NCBI GenBank assembly: GCA_963779415.1
Contig: CAVZYA010000001.1
Coordinates: 1,408,001 to 1,472,000 of the forward strand
Length of the DNA stretch: 64,000 nt
Source of the DNA: an uncultured Acidobacteriota bacterium
GTDB taxonomy: Bacteria; Acidobacteriota; Thermoanaerobaculia; UBA5066
Reading direction: 5' to 3'
The translations under genes and the position numbers were made by a program. The notes beneath the pieces are model-generated. The model was not told where the DNA came from. It saw nothing but the letters and a program-made list of their open reading frames with translations, and did not search any database. Below, in pieces: positions 61,742 to 64,000 of the stretch (the stretch's first letter is position 1; each line of letters starts with the position of its first letter).

Positions 61742-62779
61742 ATGCGCGCCCTCCGCCTACACCGTCCCGCCCCGGTCACCGAGCGCCCCCTTCGCCTCGA
61801 ACAGCTCCCCGTTCCCGAGCCCGGCCCCGGAGAAGTCCTTCTCCGCGTCTCCGCGTGCGGCATCTGCCGGACGGACCTTCACGTCGTCGAAGGAGAGCTG
61901 CCGGTCCGGAAGTCGCCCGTCACGCCGGGGCATCAGGTGGTCGGCACGGTCGAACGATGCGGGGCCGGGGCGGCCCTCCGTCCGGGCCTTCGCGCCGGGA
62001 TCGCATGGCTTCACCGGACCTGCGGCACCTGCCGTTTCTGCACGTCAGGGCGCGAGAACCTCTGCGAAACGCCGGAGTTCACCGGATGGACGACCGACGG
62101 CGGCTTCGCCGATTACGCGGTCGCCCCCGCGGAGTTCGTCTACGAGCTGCCGGAAGGCTTCGGGGACCTCGCCGCCGCACCGCTCCTCTGCGCCGGGATC
62201 ATCGGCTTCCGCGCGCTGAAGCTGACGGGCCTCTCAGATCCTCCGTTCTCGTGGGCCGGAGCGCGCCTCGGCCTTTACGGCTTCGGCGCCGCGGGGCACG
62301 TCGCTATCCAGATCGCACGCGCGCGCGGCGCCGAGGTCTACGTCATGACGCGCGACCGCGACCGCCATCAGGCCCTCGCCGCCGAGCTGGGGGCCGTCTG
62401 GGTCGGCGGCGCCGCCGACGCTCCCCCGGCGAAGCTGGACGCCGCCGTCATCTTCGCCCCGGCGGGCGAGCTGATCCCGGCGGCCCTCGCGGCTCTCGAC
62501 AAGGGAGGGACGCTCGTCCTCGGCGGCATCCACATGAGCGACACGCCACCGATCCCCTACGAGCTTCTCTACCGCGAGCGGGTCGTCCGGAGCGTCGCCA
62601 ACAACACGCGGGAGGACGGCCGCGAGTTCCTCCTGGAGGCCGCGCGCCTCCGGATCGAGACCCACGTGCAGACCTTCGCCCTCGAGGCGGCGAACGACGC
62701 CCTCATCGCCCTCAAGCACGACGCCATCAAGGGGGCGGGCGTGTTGACGACGGGGACTGCGGGAGAGAGCCGATCGTGA
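61742..62779 (+). CDS. Zinc-dependent alcohol dehydrogenase
   Basis: CGICRTD, GHQ, CGTCRFC..ENLC, GFGAAG. Confidence 0.93.
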   Translation: MRALRLHRPAPVTERPLRLEQLPVPEPGPGEVLLRVSACGICRTDLHVVEGELPVRKSPVTPGHQVVGTVERCGAGAALRPGLRAGIAWLHRTCGTCRFCTSGRENLCETPEFTGWTTDGGFADYAVAPAEFVYELPEGFGDLAAAPLLCAGIIGFRALKLTGLSDPPFSWAGARLGLYGFGAAGHVAIQIARARGAEVYVMTRDRDRHQALAAELGAVWVGGAADAPPAKLDAAVIFAPAGELIPAALAALDKGGTLVLGGIHMSDTPPIPYELLYRERVVRSVANNTREDGREFLLEAARLRIETHVQTFALEAANDALIALKHDAIKGAGVLTTGTAGESRS

Positions 62780-62800
62780 GGAGCCGCGGGTCGCACGCCG

Positions 62801-63016
62801 TCAACCCGCTTTCGGAGCCTTCGAAGGACAGGTCGAGAAGCCGAAGATCGTGTAGAGCGGGCAGGTCCCGAAGAGCCCCGTCGCGAGCGGAATCACCCCG
62901 ATGTAGCCCCAGGCACCGATCGATCCGGTGAACGCACACCCGAGAAGAACGAGCCCGGCGACGACGCGAACGCCCCGCTCGACCGGATGAATGTTGATGG
63001 GAAACAGCCTGCTCAT
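62801..63016 (-). CDS. DUF2892 (YgaP-like) membrane protein
   Basis: ERGVRVVAG, CPLYTIFGFSTC; GAGG RBS. Confidence 0.88.
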   Translation of the reverse strand: MSRLFPINIHPVERGVRVVAGLVLLGCAFTGSIGAWGYIGVIPLATGLFGTCPLYTIFGFSTCPSKAPKAG

Positions 63017-63154
63017 GAAACCCTCCTCTGCCTGCCTTCTGATCATTTCATGCCGCAGATCGGCGCGCCACGCCACGTTTCCTCCCCGTCTCCGGACGGT
63101 GACAGGACAGGGGAATAGACTGACCTCAACTCCGTAAGGAAGAAAGAGACTCCG

Positions 63155-64000
63155 ATGCCAGCTCCGATTGCAGATTTCCTGCATTCCGACGCCCCCGAGC
63201 CGCACCGCGAGCGGGGCCGTGCGCTCTTCCGGAAACCACCCCGAGGCGAAGGCGCTGACGGGACCGAACTCCGCCTCATTCCTTCTGATCCTCCTCATCG
63301 TCGGCATCCAGACGGGGATCGCGTTCCTCGTCCGGGGAGAGCCGTGGTGGGCCGCCCTCATCGCGGCGTATGTCGTCGGTGCGTTCGCTAACCACGCCCT
63401 CTACGTCCTGATTCACGAGTGCTCCCACAACCTCGTCTTCCGATCGGCCCGGGCCAACATCGTCGCCGGGATCGTCGCGGACTTGCCAAACGTCGTCCCG
63501 GCCTCGGTCTCGTTCCGCCTTTACCACCTGAAGCACCACGTTTTTCAGGGCGATTACCGCCTCGACGCCGACATCCCGAGCCGCTGGGAAGCCCGGCTCG
63601 TGGGAAACGGGGTCCTCCGGAAGGCGGTCTGGCTCTTCTTTTTCCCCTTCTTCCAGGTTCTTCGCCCGATGCGCCTCTCCGAGATCCGCTTCGCGACCCC
63701 CTGGACCTTCGTCAACTGGGGCGCGTCCATCGCCTACGACGCCGTCATCCTCGTTCTCTTCGGGCCCGTCGCCCTCCTTTATCTCGCCGGCTCGTTTTTC
63801 TTCTCGGTCGGCTTCCATCCCCTCGGTGCGCGTTGGATCCAGGAGCACTACCTCGTCGCAGCCCCGCAGGAGACCTATAGCTACTACGGCCCGGCGAACG
63901 TCCTCGCTCTGAATGTCGGCTATCACAACGAGCACCACGACGCGCCGGCCGTCGCATGGAGCCGGCTTCCGGCTCTTCATCGGATGGCGCCGGAGCTGTA
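63155..64000 (+). CDS. Sphingolipid delta-4 desaturase (DES1)-like fatty acid desaturase, 3' partial, frameshift near 63235
   Basis: EPHRER..HPE, HECSHN, YHLKHH, ETYSYYGP..NVGYHNEHHD. Confidence 0.85.

Noticed and set aside
63228-63245. Desaturase pseudogene
   Set aside because: One indel in a short A/C run with all motifs intact; likely an error
1-64000. Many long overlapping or antisense ORFs (e.g. 12760..15537, 40666..43563, 55693..58848)
   Set aside because: Arg/Pro/Gly-rich shadow frames expected at high GC, overlapping well-supported genes

Overview
High-GC bacterial chromosomal window. Gene content (several kinase-TolB-like-TPR proteins, an FG-GAP protein with SLH-like tail, PagL-like barrel) suggests Acidobacteriota; this is inference. 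About 50 CDSs: gltBD, a Phd/RelE toxin-antitoxin pair, a MoeB-propeller-MoaD operon, an E1 alpha/beta pair, peptidases, three Ser/Thr kinases, MarR-YceI, an algI/algJ-like O-acetylation cluster and a DES1-like desaturase. No rRNA, tRNA, CRISPR, integrase or transposase was seen. The main non-gene signal is a dispersed 28-bp motif (approx. AGCAGACTASAGSTGCAAGACCTGACCC). It sits at edges of accessory genes, and three sites carry 15-17 bp tandem duplications starting exactly at its TGACCC. It is linked to two extra diverged copies of the gltD 3' end, one dragging a decayed copy of the TA module. This may mark a gene capture/shuffling system acting in trans. Frameshifts in gltB, 33.5-38.1 kb and the desaturase may be sequencing errors.
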